Source of the DNA: Phoronis australis
Taxonomy: Eukaryota; Animalia; Phoronida
Length of the DNA stretch: 63,574 nucleotides
Direction: 5' to 3'
NCBI GenBank assembly: GCA_002633005.1
Contig: NMRA01000019.1
Location: 1,741,018-1,804,591 of the forward strand
The position numbers and the translations under genes were made by a program. The notes beneath the pieces were generated by a model. That model ran no database searches and had not been told where the DNA came from. It was given only the letters and a program-made list of their open reading frames with translations. This document shows, in pieces, positions 41,320 through 54,390 of the stretch; within the stretch, counting starts at the first letter, position 1, and each line of letters opens with the position of its first letter.

Positions 41320-42240
41320 CGATTTCCCTAACATGTGACCATAACATGTAAAATCGAGATATTGTTTTACAACAGCAAGATGTTAGCAAACGCTGACTAA
41401 GCATACGCTCACACGGCCTCTGTGTCCGGTCAATTACCTTTATTGCATCTGAAGCCTGTAACGCAGTGGTTTATTTTATTATTTTTTTTATTGTCTATTA
41501 CGAAATCGTCAGAATACAATGAGTATACATAACCCAGAAAGTGCCAAGAGGCATTAGATCTGGGTAAAAAATACAAAGAAATCTACATGTGTATACAATT
41601 ATTGTACACGTATACATAAATAAAAAACTGATGTTAAGATTACAATGATATATGACTACGAATGTAAATAATTCATTTTCATACAGATGTATAAAATTGT
41701 CCTCACACAAAGAAATTTAATGTTATCAAATAATTCTGATACTATTTAAAATAAAACCTTATTTTCACTCGAGTTAAGTTCTTGACATCCATATAGAAAG
41801 AATTTAATTTTGTTACACAATTGCGGAGTTTCAGAATATTTTTGTAAAGATTGGGGTATTGTTCGAGAGTCTGGAAAAGCTGTACCCTCTCCTCCTTGCA
41901 TACCTCACAAGCAAAGAAAACATGAGGATATGTCTGGGTTTATTCATTGCTGACTTCTTAAAACATTTCCATTCACGAATACTCCAAAGGTATTATAAAT
42001 TGTATCTAATGAGACAGACTTTGTTCCAGATTTATATCAGCATTGGTTAGGGCGAGAATTATTCATTTTGAAACAGAACGCAGAATAATAAACGTCATCA
42101 TGGCAACTTGCAATCAAGACTTCGAATCGGAATACGGTGATCAAGAAATACTAGAGAGGCTCCGTGAAATTGCACAGGCAACGGAACTTATGGATAGTTC
42201 TTTGGTCAGCCGGCATTTTTCGGACTCGCTGTAAAAGACT
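41320..42240 (+). mobile_element. Kolobok-like internal fragment (KolX/P2X7-like start), homologous to ~980-1500
   Basis: FESEYGDQEILER matches FEPEYTDQEILER. The upstream non-coding sequence is shared in reverse orientation. Copy B at ~54400-55400. Confidence 0.6.
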
Positions 42241-43029
42241 ACCTGACACAGAGTCGGAGTTGTGTCACCATAGACTATAGATAGGGACTACCAACTCCCG
42301 TTAGAGAGAGTAGTTGAGCATGTCAAGGACCAAGAGACATAAGCACTAACCATAAGAGGGCGCTGCAAACGCACAATAGAAAACTTCCGGTTTCACGGAG
42401 CAGCCGTTCCCTCGTTTCAAGATTTGGTTAAGTAATGCGTCGACTTTTTTGAAGTTCTCTCTCATGTAATTTAAAACCTTCACAAGATGATTCAGACATG
42501 TTATGAATTATTAAAGCCAGAAACGTCTTCAACTGATTTTCCCATTTCCCATGTTTACACTTAAGTCGCATCAGCTGTTTTTTGCTGCAAGTAGTATTAG
42601 TGTTTGTTTAGATTCAGTATCGTACGAATCAGCTCATAATCATAAGTAAAAGTATTAACCAACAAAAATGAATTCGTTACAATGTTACACAATAAATATT
42701 TGTGTAATTCACACAGCTTTGTTCCAGGGGGAGGAAAGGCTCACCGACATTGACATATCATTTGCACAACCCTAGTGTCAAAAACTTCCGCCACTAGTAT
42801 CACAGTGGCGCATCTAGAATACAATAAGGGAAGCCCAACATGTCGCTCGTGGAATTGGGCAAATCGCAATTGTATGTGCACAGGCGACCCGAAAGTTGGA
42901 GGGGTAAAAAAATAATTGCAGGTGGTCTGATACACGTTGTACCAGACGTGCGCAGGCCTCGCATGTGGACCCATTGCACTGATCATCTGGAAATATTTTT
43001 ATGCTTTATGAATATAGGGTTAAAACCGA

Positions 43030-43135
43030 GCTGAGGAGCTAGAAACCTGGCTCAAGGGTTTAGCAGTGTGACCTGGTGGGACTTGAACCCATGATCATGA
43101 GTAATGAAAGCGGACAGGTTATTTGGACCTTGCGT
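43030..43135 (-). repeat. tRNA-derived SINE 5' fragment
   Basis: B-box GGTTCAAGTCC followed by CCCTTGAGC core-like sequence. Copy B at ~56230-56320. Confidence 0.45.
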
Positions 43136-43419
43136 TCTGCAAATGTATTGGTGGACTAAAGAAAGCGAACGCAATTCCGGCGCTAGCGGTCCCAGTTACT
43201 CACGGTTCATGCTGTTGCTGTTGCTGTTTCCTTTTGCTTGCGGCAGCCCGGGGGGGGCAGGCTCATGCCTAAATCTGACTATGTATCATAGGCCAACAGT
43301 ACATTGTAGGGAAACTTCTAAATATATTTATGATTATTATTGGCACTCGTTGCTGTTAACAATCTTTATTCCATTCCGTTCGCATCCTCGGAACAAAGTG
43401 CAAAAGTCAACAGAACATT

Positions 43420-44000
43420 GGTAAAGTAACTGACCAAGAGACATGATTAAAAGACAACTGATATTTCGATACATACTTGTTTCATTCTCAAGTGGAAACA
43501 AAATGACTCAATAATATCACCACAGAGCAAAAGCTAGTGAAATACCCAAAGGGACGCAGCAGATGTGGAATACTGCTAAAACTGACAAATGGAAGGGGTA
43601 ACAAGAATATCGCGCAGACAAGTGCAGCACGATGACCCCGATTGATGCACATTCAAAACAGGCTTCTTGAATGCAAACAAAAGAGAGTCCTATAATTTCA
43701 ATCGCAGCACACCGTGCTCTCCATGTCGACCCAATTGACGTGTTCTCCACATTTTTTTGACGAGTGATACTTATGATTATGAAAGTAGGCATGCTCATTA
43801 AGACCTAATGTCCATTTCTCACTTTCAGTGTCTGATCATCTTCTAAATAAAAAGGATCCTGGATATGTCGAAAATACGACAAATACGTAGAATATTTGTA
43901 AAGTAATATGGAACTTAAGAGTTTTACCTAGAACGTGATTTTGTAAAAGTGAACTCTTCCCCCAGGACTCTTCTCTAGCTCTTTAAACAGAAAACAGCTA
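43420..44000 (-). mobile_element. 3' fragment of a Penelope-like element (GIY-YIG end + pLTR)
   Basis: ITRQKNVENTSI matches ITRQEIVENTSI at 52457-52981, and the same hammerhead-like pLTR motif is at ~43452-43495. Copy B at ~56620-57200. Confidence 0.75.
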
Positions 44001-45309
44001 ATTTTCATTATCGCACTGAGCGTGAATATTCACTTGCCAAAATCAGTTTCAATATTGGGTAGTGCAGAGACAACCTGCGATTGAATTGAAGTCAAAACTT
44101 GGAAGGACCAGTTAGCACTGTTATTTTCTTTTGGGTTTTGTGATGTCAACAGATATTCAATGTTCGCAAGGAAACTTGTATACTACAATTTTAAAAAATT
44201 AAGTTTTTGTACTTTATACTCAGTGAAGGGAATGCAGTTTTAAGTGTTATATTATCGCATGCAGAAGAGAGACAGATAATGACATGAAGTAAACCAACAA
44301 GTGAAACAAAATACCACAGCATTTGACATCAGAGAACATGAGAGGGAAAGACTCGAGTTATGAAAGGTGTTCGGTCAGCCGTATTTTTAGTGGTTATCAG
44401 ATAGCACAGCACACACAAAATACACATTTTTCGTTTTAATATTTTCCCATTTCCAATGAGTAAGTAATGTAACGGGGGTCTGGGATTACCCTGCTTTACT
44501 TTACACGTGTTAAGTGAAAATTGGCAACACAAATATACAATGGAATTGATTTTTACAACGACAAACAGGAAAAACATTCCAAAAAGTGCTGTATACATTT
44601 CTGAGAAAGTAAAACAAAAACACCATTTGCATGCTATGTTTTACAAAATAGAACTATAGGAGCAAAGCAAAATACAAATTTCATCAGATAGTCTTAAATG
44701 GTAGCTTTAGACGTGCCATCTATACAAGTTTTTGAATTTTCATGTCGGTTAGGCGACTCTCCAGTTCTTTAATTTTTAGAGCCTCAAAAATAGAGTTCAG
44801 CAAACAGCACCTTAAATTTCAGGCCATGAAAATTGCAAGTTTAAACAATTTTATTTGGGAATCAATAACTTATTGTCTTCCTAAAACAAGATTTTAAGGT
44901 TTTAAGAGCATATTTTCCCAATGAATATCCCGGTATCTGGACACTTGATACCAGAAGTTTTAATACCAAAGAAACGCCCATGAGCATATACATGTATATA
45001 TGACATGATGTTCTGAATAAACATCCATTGGCGTTTCATCTGGTGGGCTTATCCACGGCAAATTCCATGTCTGGAACCCTGTACCCTTTAAACCAACGTT
45101 AAGTCCGTGTTAGCCTGCAGACGGTCGAAAAAAGCTATAAAGATGTAAAGCAGTTGATAACAATCGCTCCACAATTGCACAAGTTAGTTAATTTATACAG
45201 GCCCTACAAGAACGAGTCTGCAGATTTACCTTGTCGTTGGCACCGAAGCTTCAAGTTATCTCGTTCAGTGAGTGCACTGGTTTCAAGTCCAAAATATCCA
45301 TTTGACCTT

Positions 45310-47045
45310 TCAGATCATCGTTTGTTATAGTGGTAGAAAAAATTAATAAATAAATTACTGGACTTACGATTATATAGAGATGGCTACGTTACGAGGACTT
45401 CATCAGGTCACTGAGGTGTCACGTGATTCGTCATGTGATCCGCAGCACAGTTTGCGCGGGACCCTCTTCAGTGCCCTATCCCACGTCCTTGGCAATAGAC
45501 TCCTCACCCCCCGTCTGTTTAGGCTAGGATTCTCAATTCCCTCATATATAGCTTCCTTGACACCTCTCCTAAACCAATTTTCCTCTCTATCCAGAATCTT
45601 GATATCTTCTAAGAGTGGTCTGTGGCCGCCATATCACTAAAAACTTAAGAATCATATCAGTCCCCATAACTACGCCTACGATTTTGGTTGAAACGACTTT
45701 TCAGGGCTTGTTTGGTTTCCCCAATGTATGCTTCCAAACACCCTGGTTCTGAAATGTCATACACCACATTTGATTTTTTTCTTTCGTGGTCTTATCTTTC
45801 ACATTCAACAGATGTCTCCTTATAGTGTTAACTGGTTTGAACGAAACAGAAATATCGTGGCCCCTCATGTGAGATTTAACCTGGTCTGAGATCCGTGGCA
45901 CAAAAGGTAATGTTATCCTGATGTTTCCCGCTGTTGTGAGGCTGCGTGTGCTGAGGCCTGACTCCGAAGAGGTTTGCTTTGTGGAATGACCATTCAGGAT
46001 AGCCACATCTCTTTAATACTGTTCTGTTGTAGTCCAACTCAACATCGATGCCTTCCTCCGTGTTGGGGATGGTTTTCGCACGATAGTCCAACGTTCTTAT
46101 CACGTCCAGTTTGTGTATCAAAGGGGAACTGGAGTCAAACGGAAGGTATGTGAGTGGGCTTCCTATAAGCCTTGGTTTTAATACGTCTGTCTATAACAGT
46201 CACTAAACAATCCAGGAATGGCAAAGAGTTGTCCCTAGATTCCACTTGAGTAAACTTGATTTTGATATCACATTGATTAATGTTTTCGAAGAACCCTATC
46301 TTTTCACAATTTTTTAGCACAACAAAAGTGTCATCTACATACCTCAGCCAGAGTCTAGATGGAACTCCATCATAGGACGCTAACGCATTCCTTTCAAAGT
46401 TCTCCATGTATAAGTTCAACACAATGGGGAAACAGGAGAGCCCATGACACATCCATTGGATTGGATGTAGATGTTCCCGTCAAAAGAGCAGTAAGTGTAC
46501 TTACGTGTTAACTCCAGTAGCTGGCAAATGTTGTCTACCAATAGGGTTGTTCCGTCACTTAGGGAATTATCCTGCTGTAGGTGTTCCCTCACAACCGTCA
46601 AAGCGTCATGGGGGTACACACGTAAACAGTTCACTCACATCATAGGAAGTAATGCTATCATCTTCTTCCACCACTAGATTTTCTATGTACTTAACTGAGA
46701 GTTCTTTAAATGGTGTCGAGAGAGGCCAAGCAGGAGCGAGATGATTCTCGAAATAAATTTAGCGATGTTGTAGGTGAGAGAAACAGCGCAGCTGACGATC
46801 GGCCTAAATAGACAGGGGAGCCTGAGGTTTCTATTGCCGATGAAGTGGGATAGGGCACTGAAGAGGATCCCGCGGAAATTGGGCTGTGGATCACATGACG
46901 AAACACATGACACCTCAGTGGCCTGATGAAGTCCTGGATAGGAGGAAGTAGCGTAGCCATCTCCATATAATCACAAGTCCAGTAATTTATTGCTCATTTT
47001 TTTCTAACTTGATTACTCAACTGGATGACTGAAAACATTCACCGC
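45310..47045 (-). mobile_element. Penelope-like element, unit B copy of 25790-27530
   Basis: LRYVDDTFV, LPFLDC, AYRKPTH; inverted pLTR at ~46810-47045. Confidence 0.9.
46918..46960 (+). ncRNA. Degenerate minimal hammerhead ribozyme in a Penelope pLTR
   Basis: GTGGC-CTGATGAAG-TCCT-GGAT-AGGA-(damaged GAAAC)-GTA-GCCAT. Sister copies at 45380-45411 (-), ~27425 (+) and ~25865-25890 (-). Confidence 0.6.
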
Positions 47046-49508
47046 GTTTGTTATAGTGCTTTCGTTGATACGAGGGTGGGTTATGATACATGTACTACCC
47101 TCAAAATTTTCCATTGAACACAATTGCAGCGTACTTGCTGTACCAGGTAAGATATGAGAATTGTTTTGCAAACTTAGTAAGCACCATATCGGTAGAATTG
47201 CTGCATTCAATTAACCCAATTTCCTGTGATCTTTTCATTCATCCTAAAAGATTCAGATATGTGGACACTGATATTATTGGCGTCACCGTGCTACATTGAC
47301 AAGATTTGCCGCTCCGGAATAGCCATGTTCCAAAATATAATAGAGACGGCGCGATAAGATACACCGAGTATCATTAACTGCAGATACAATACAGTGTGAT
47401 ATTTGCAGTTTTTTTCAAATATTCTTTGCGAGCATAATGATGCCGCATTACCCCAACTGTAGAGTTGGACATTCAAACAATTCTCCATAATGTCCAACGT
47501 CTCAAAATGTTTCTGTATGAAGCAAATTGGATTTCGTTCCTGTCAAATGGGCTCATCTTGCACACCGAGATTACAAAATGGGCCAAGCAACAACGCCAGA
47601 AAAATGCCCTAGAATAACTAGTAAGACATTCCAATCTGAACCAACGCATTTTGTTCTTTGTGAATGACTTTGTTGAGTTAATCGAGATAGTGCTGAACAC
47701 CCCCCACTTTGTGTTTTACGGCAAATATAGACAGAAGTATGGCACGGCTATGGGAGCTATGTATCCCCTACTGTACTGAATTTGTACACGAAATATTGAA
47801 AACATTTAGTCCTTAGTTCGACCACTGTTTCCCATAGATTTTGGAAGCGGTATGTGGACGACACGTTCACCATCCTCGAGGGGAACTGTATTTGTACCTG
47901 CATCATTTAACCACATGAAAGCTCTAGACACTTGTATTAAATTCGTTTATGAGATTGAATCATCTCACAGTTGTATTTCGTTTTTAGACTCTCTCATTGT
48001 AAGGTTTTGAAAGTATATCGTAAGTCTACACCAATCAGTACCTTCCCTTCAACACGCACCATCCACTTTTCCAGAAGTTCGGACGTAGTTCGGACACTGA
48101 GACAAAGTTGTGAAAGTATTGTCACCAAGGAAGAGGGTAGATCTGTGGAACACGCCTTGTTTAACTTTGCACTTTCCTCATATGTACACCCGGGTTGCGC
48201 TCTCAAGACATCTTTTTGTGGACAGACAGAGATGGAGAAGGAAAAATGTGTGGTGGCGCTACCATAGTATCAATGTACCTCGGAGACGTTATGCATGATT
48301 TTTAAGACCCACAGGGTTGAAGTAGCTTCCTGACCTAGCCATGAACTGCAGAATTCACTGGTGTATTTCCCAAAGATATAACTTCTTTTAATCAAAAGTG
48401 TGGTGCCAAGCATCAAGTGGGTTGTGCTTCTAGTGAGTCTGAGTACGGAGATTGGGGACCGGGTCTAGTTCTCTGTCATCAGCTTTATCTGAACACGCCC
48501 AGGAAAAGGACATCCCATCAATAGGCAACGTTATTGACAGTGAGAGCCTTTATATTATTAGAAAAATGAGTGAAGCCACACAGATTAGACAGGCATTATT
48601 TCAAATTATGACAAGATTTTAAGCCAGCGCAAAATCAGTAACTGCAGATTTCTTTGCATTGCTCTAGGTTCAATAAACATCAATGGGAACACACGTGCAG
48701 TGTCCCTTACGTATACACTTATCACCAAAATTGGATCCTGGGACCCGATTTATCTGAGGTCATACAAGTCATATAAGTCAGTGGTGGACTCCTTTTTCCG
48801 ATGGCGACAACGTGAAGACAAGTGTCCGTCTCCATAAACCACGTTGGTGAAGAGTTCGCCTTGCCCGCCAAATTTCATTTGGTTTATCTGATGCAACGCT
48901 GTCCTGTCGTTTTCGTGTGCCTCCATGATTGATGAGCACACACCCATTGTGTCTATTGTGAGAGAACTTTGACGTATGCACTGACGCCCTGCCCTTAAAG
49001 TCTTCAGACTGATGTTTGTTAGTAGGTTAGTAATCTCAAAATGGATTGTTCTGAACCCCCTTCGATCCCCACATCCCACGACCCATGAACCCCTTGATCC
49101 ACTACCCCAAGAACAACAATCCCCACTCCCTTCGACCCACGACCTGTGCCAATAGATGTTAATTCAAAGACGGTGATTTTTATTTTTGTTGATTGCATAT
49201 AAATGCCATGAGCATTAATGTAGCTAAATTGGAAAGTGTTGCTCAGTTCAAAACTTCACAAAGGTACAACAACTTCGTTTTCATGTCTATACACTTCATG
49301 AAAATTTTATCATGTTAAGATCTCGGTGAAAATGAGGACAAGCGTTTTGTATAAAGAACTCCCAATTCATTTAGGCTGATTGTTTGTGCTCACATTTTCA
49401 TCAACTCCAAAGTACTTGCATGAGGGTAGAAAACGATGTTTACCATGCATCATGTAATCAAATAAACTTCCAGTCATTCGTTCAATGATAGTATTTGAAC
49501 ATGCTTAC

Positions 49509-49592
49509 CTCGGAACATAAATTGCCATCTGCGTCTGGGTACTTCTTCGCGTATTTTTGAAGACCGATGCAGTACCACTCACCAGGACCAGA
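49509..49592 (-). CDS. Highly diverged ankyrin-derived exon, unit B (SGPGEWYCIGLQKYAKKYPDADGNLCSE)
   Basis: Same acceptor and donor context as 36934-37032. 84 nt, phase 0/0, no stop, codon-alignable to the unit A exon with a 15-nt gap. Confidence 0.72.
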
Positions 49593-51439
49593 CTGTAAAA
49601 CATAAAGGGAATATTTTTTCTCCTACGCAATCGTGCAGAAGCATCAAATTTTACGAAGTGACGTCACAAATTTCACACTCTGTAAATGTGAAAACAATGT
49701 TTGTTATTTGTCGTACAGATTGTTTTGAGACCCTTTAGAATCCCTACGTGTAGGTAAATGTTGAAGTAGAGTGAATATAAACTTAAATTCAACAGGTTTT
49801 TTGGGAATAAAAAGGTAACCAATTTTCAAAGGTACCACAGTACTCCTTAGTATCCTGATGGACGATATGGATGTGGGATTAAGAGGGCCATAAAATGACA
49901 CCTAAATATTGAGCTAGATCAACATCTCTGACAACCACCTGAAAAGTCTATCATTTCACTCATTGTTTTAAACTGACAACAGCAGAACAGTTTTAGGGGT
50001 AGAGAACATAAGCTCGACGACTTCAACAGCAGACAAAGCTGAGGTTGAACAACCCAAGATGTGACCGCGTGAACCCAGTTGCAAAATATTCAGCATAACC
50101 CCATGTATCATATATGAACACTACTAGATAAGTCCTGTTATGAGTTACCCCCTGAAAGACACGTACTATCTTCCGACTTGAGCTAAATCAAACCACCAGG
50201 TAACCAGTTGAAAGCAATTGCAATATATTTACGTGCCACAACTGATATGTCACAAGTCAGACTAATTAAAAGACACGAAATATATTTGAAAAATCTCATT
50301 TACCCAGATCGATACCTTCAACGTTGATTCAAGTAAGGAATTGGAATCAACCAATTACATTTCAAATTTGAGCCACGTTGGCTACGTGGGCATGAAATGG
50401 ACAGTTCATGGGAGGTATACCTTTCTCAGGTATCTTTGGTTGTTGATAAATTAGCTAAGCTGATCCTACTTCCTTTGCATGTTACCCCCATGCACTGTAA
50501 AATATAAGTGCACAATCTCAGTCAATTAAAAAAATCTCAGTTATACTATTGATATGTCCCATGTAATTTAACATGACTACGTGTCCTCAATGTAAAATGC
50601 CACAGTCGTGTTTTACCATTTCGGGTCACATCTTACGTAAAGCAAATCCTTCACGGGCCATCCAGAGACTGGGACCAATTAACAGTTTACGTAGCGTATG
50701 CACCAGTGTCTTTCAACTCACCTTGGTCACTCCCCAGTCATGGCGGTACCCATTTTAAACAACCTAATCGACTGGATCATTGCAGTTTCAACGCTTTGCT
50801 AGTCAGACACATAATGATCAGTTGGTAGCAAATTCTTACAAACGAAACTTTAAGGCAAATTAAAAATCGGTATTTTGAACGAGTTCTAACATAAAAGATT
50901 AAATGATTATTTCCTAATGGCTTATCATGGCATGTCTATAAGTTTGACAAACAGAGACTCGTTGATATCCTCGAATTTAATCTGTGCACGAATTCAGAGA
51001 CTAAACTCAAAGGTGGATTTAGGGCGGCAGCCCCCTCACCCCCCTGGCTGCCGCAAAAAATAAAATAGCAAGAGCGTGAGGGAGTGTTGAGTTTCTCAAT
51101 TAACCATGACAATTAATATTATACGGCTGAAACAAAATTAGCAATGTGTGTGCGTGTGGGGGAGGGGCTCACGTGTCCGTTTCAGACCGCTGGCGCAATC
51201 GTAACGGAACTATGGTTAAGTAATGGCGCTCCTGGTCGATATGTGCGTGACATCCCAGCGGAGCGGCAGTGGCGCTAGGCACCATCAATTTGCGTCTGTT
51301 GTCTGCTCCACTGTGCAATTAAGGAAATTACTTCGGTATCTGTTTGACGATGAAGCAACAAAAGCAACTGGTAAGATGTAAATTTTAATCAAAGCCTCAG
51401 TGAATTACTCAAAACTCATAATTTTCTCTTTGTCAAATA

Positions 51440-51825
51440 TTAAAGGAAAATGCCACCCACGAAACAGCCTATTTTGTATCAATTTAGATCGATTAGTTCC
51501 CCTCGATAACAGCAAGTTCAGTTGTTTTACCTGACACCTGACGGCAGACGGAGGTATTGAAATTAACCAATGACATAATAGGTTCGAACGCAGTCTGTTC
51601 AGACATTCACAACATGCTTACTGGTGTCAACTTATCGTTTGAATGCATCGTTTTGCACCAGTAAATCATCAAATTTCGATGTAAAGCCTTTACAAATACA
51701 CCGGGTTCTTGAACAAACGTGTTGTTTTATTTTATTTTATTCCATTGTTACGGATTTATAGGTATACGAACGTGCGGTTGCCAACAAGGAGTCAAGCAAT
51801 GTAGACTCCTATAAGCCAATTTAAA
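51440..51825 (+). mobile_element. Solo Kolobok-like terminal segment
   Basis: Starts TTAA-AGGAAAATGCCACCC; reverse-complement homologue of 2510-2851; absent from unit A. Confidence 0.7.
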
Positions 51826-52139
51826 ATGGTCAATCGCGGGAGTTTGGGTCAATTTGGTGATCAATTCGAAACTTTCTTTCGTGAAATAAAGACATCAAAG
51901 ATAGTGCGTGGTACTTTAAGACTTGCGATTTGTTTCAGTTATAAACACACAAAACGCTTGTTATCCCAGGCAGTGCCTCAGGCCCGTTGGGGCCGCCGGG
52001 ACTGGATATCACGAACATAAACCTCCAGTCACGTAAAGACTATACTAGTGAGCCAAAGAAATAATGAGCACGTAATAATTTTAGTGAATAAGCAACGCAA
52101 ATGCAAATGTACTTTCTTGTCGGGTGCGGGGAAATCAAG

Positions 52140-54390
52140 TTGCCCTTTTACAGAACCGTCAGTGAAAAGTTGAACAGTAACAATGATGTTATACAGAATT
52201 TGTTAAATGCACGAAGCTTTTCATTGTTCACAGTCTTTATTCCGTAACGTTCGTACTTTCGGAACAAAACTCTTCTCTGAACTGAACATAGATACAGTAA
52301 CTGACCTAGCGACATAATTAAAAGACACACAATATTTCGAAACATACATGTACTTGTTTCGTTCTTAAGTGAAGATGAAATGACGCAATAATGCTACCAC
52401 AGAGTATAAACTGATGAAACACATAGTGAGACACGGCGGGTGTGTGCAAAGAATGACTAATGAATTGGGGTAACAGGAAACTCACGCAAACAAGTGTAAC
52501 GTGCGGCGCGACCCTGTTTGCTGCTCATGAAAACAGGCTTCTCAAAAGCAATTAAAAGGGACTCTAATACTTTCAAACGCAGCACATCTTGCTCCAGGTA
52601 GCGAATTGACGTGTTTTCCACAATTTCTTGACGGGTAATTTTACGTCCGTGGCATTTCAGAAAATGATCTTGAATGGCGCCATTTTGAAGATGCATGGAT
52701 AACCGACGGGAAATAATGCAAACTGTTTGACCAATGTAACATTGTTTGACGTTTGAACGAAGACAGTCATTCATAGGGCATACTAACTCATTAACAACAC
52801 TACACTGTGCAACGTGGCGGATTTTCGCTTTAGAAATATTATTTTTCATGACCAAGTTGAAGGAGCTTTTATTTCGATAATAAATAATAACATCGAGGTA
52901 ATCATCAGGCTTACAAACTTTAACATTATCCCTTATAATTTTCTTAATGGCGTGTTCGTCTTGGAGGTAATTATTAGACATGACATTTTTGTAAAATATC
53001 TTTTTGGTGACACCAGTCCAGTTGCTTCATAAATTCTTGAGGACACAAATCGCTTAATATGGAAATCCACAAAAGCATTGGTATACCCATTATTCACCAG
53101 TGTTTGTCTTATGCAGTCTACGTCTTGATTGAACAATAGCCAGTTGGATGAGACCGAATGCGCCCTCTTTAAGTTGGCCACAACGGCGACCTTATACCGC
53201 TCAAGGCATTCACTTTTGGCGTGGAGACAGAAACATTTATCAGTAGGCTTGTGGTAAACTGAGATGTAGAAAATTCAGATGGAGAATGGTTCACAAGAAC
53301 GTCCAAAAATGGAATCTTGTCACTTACAGGAAGCTCGTGGGTAAACTTCAATACAGAGTGACGCTCAAGTTCATCACGTGCTGATAACAAGTCATCAAAG
53401 GCACAATAAACAAAAATATCATCTACATAACGTACATAGATAGGAATACCACCAATCACATTGCTAGCCCTTTTTTCCACTTCAGACATATAAAATTCCG
53501 AGAAAGTGGGACCCAGAGGAGAGCCTATGCTCACACCGTCTTTTTGCAAAAACAATTTCCAATTTATATGGCAAAATGATACTTTGGTTGTCACGTGCAG
53601 ATGGTCAACAACTCTCTCATATGAGTTGGTGAAATATCGGGTGGCTTTTATTGGCCTATCGAACTTTGTAGGCTACGGTGTGTCCAAATACCAATAAATC
53701 CGTAAGAGCGAAATAAAACAACACGTTTTTATAAGAACTCGGTGTACTTTTAACGGTTTCACATCGAAGTTTGATGATTTATTGGTGTTAAACGATGTCT
53801 TCAAGCGATAAGCTGACACCAGTAACCCGTGTTGTGAACTGCTGAACAGACCGCGTTTGAAACCGATGACGTAATTGGATAATTTCAACACCCCCTTCTG
53901 CCGTCAGGTGTCAGGTAACGCAACCGCACGTGTCGTTATGGAGTAGAACTATTCGATCTAAATTGATACAAATTAGGTTGTTTTTTGGGTGGCATGCTCG
54001 TTTAAGCTCAATGAGGGGTGACCGACTAATGCTGGTAAACTTGGAAGGGTCACATATTAATAGACTAGGTTTATCGGAATATTCATCAGTTTGTTTAAAA
54101 TAACATACTGGGCAGACTTGTCGGCGCGGCAAATAACAATACCATCACTTGAGAATGAACAAAGTATGTTTCGAAATATCGTGTGTCTTTTAATTTGATC
54201 TCGCTAGGTCAGTTACTGTATCTATGTTCAGTTGAGAGTATAGTTTTGTTCCGAAAGTACGAACGTAACGGAATAAAGACTGTGAACAATGAAAAGTGTC
54301 GTGCATTTAACAAATTCTGTATAACCGAAAACTTGCTCCCGAAGTTCAGCCAGTTCAAGTAACAATGATGTGAAAAATGTATTTGTATAT
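52140..54390 (-). mobile_element. Penelope-like element, unit B copy of 39090-41310
   Basis: RT ORF 53169-53594 and GIY-YIG ORF 52457-52981; interrupted at ~53650-54005. Confidence 0.9.
53650..54005 (-). mobile_element. Solo Kolobok-like terminal segment inserted at TTAA in the Penelope RT
   Basis: Direct homologue of 2510-2851, ending at TTAA. Replaces ~375 bp present in unit A (~40550-40925). Confidence 0.75.

Larger units (their letters stand above)
25395..44892. repeat. Tandem segmental duplication unit A (~12.5 kb + 7-kb nested insertion)
   Basis: Colinear, roughly 90% identical to 44895-58041. Both start TA(G/A)GGTTTTA(G/A)GAGCA and end CTTCCTAAAACAAGAT. Confidence 0.93.

Noticed and set aside
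42745-42813. Exon-like segment with good splice sites in both units
   Set aside because: Phase-0 frame has a stop and there is no ankyrin similarity; a UTR or transposon exon cannot be excluded.
9782-49592. Apparent regular ~13-kb spacing of ankyrin exons
   Set aside because: Two of the intervals include unrelated 6-7-kb insertions, so the regularity is coincidental; only the A/B interval reflects a duplication unit.
36934-49592. Diversity-generating retroelement template/variable repeat pair
   Set aside because: Differences are not adenine-specific, and the nearby RTs are ordinary Penelope and LINE enzymes.
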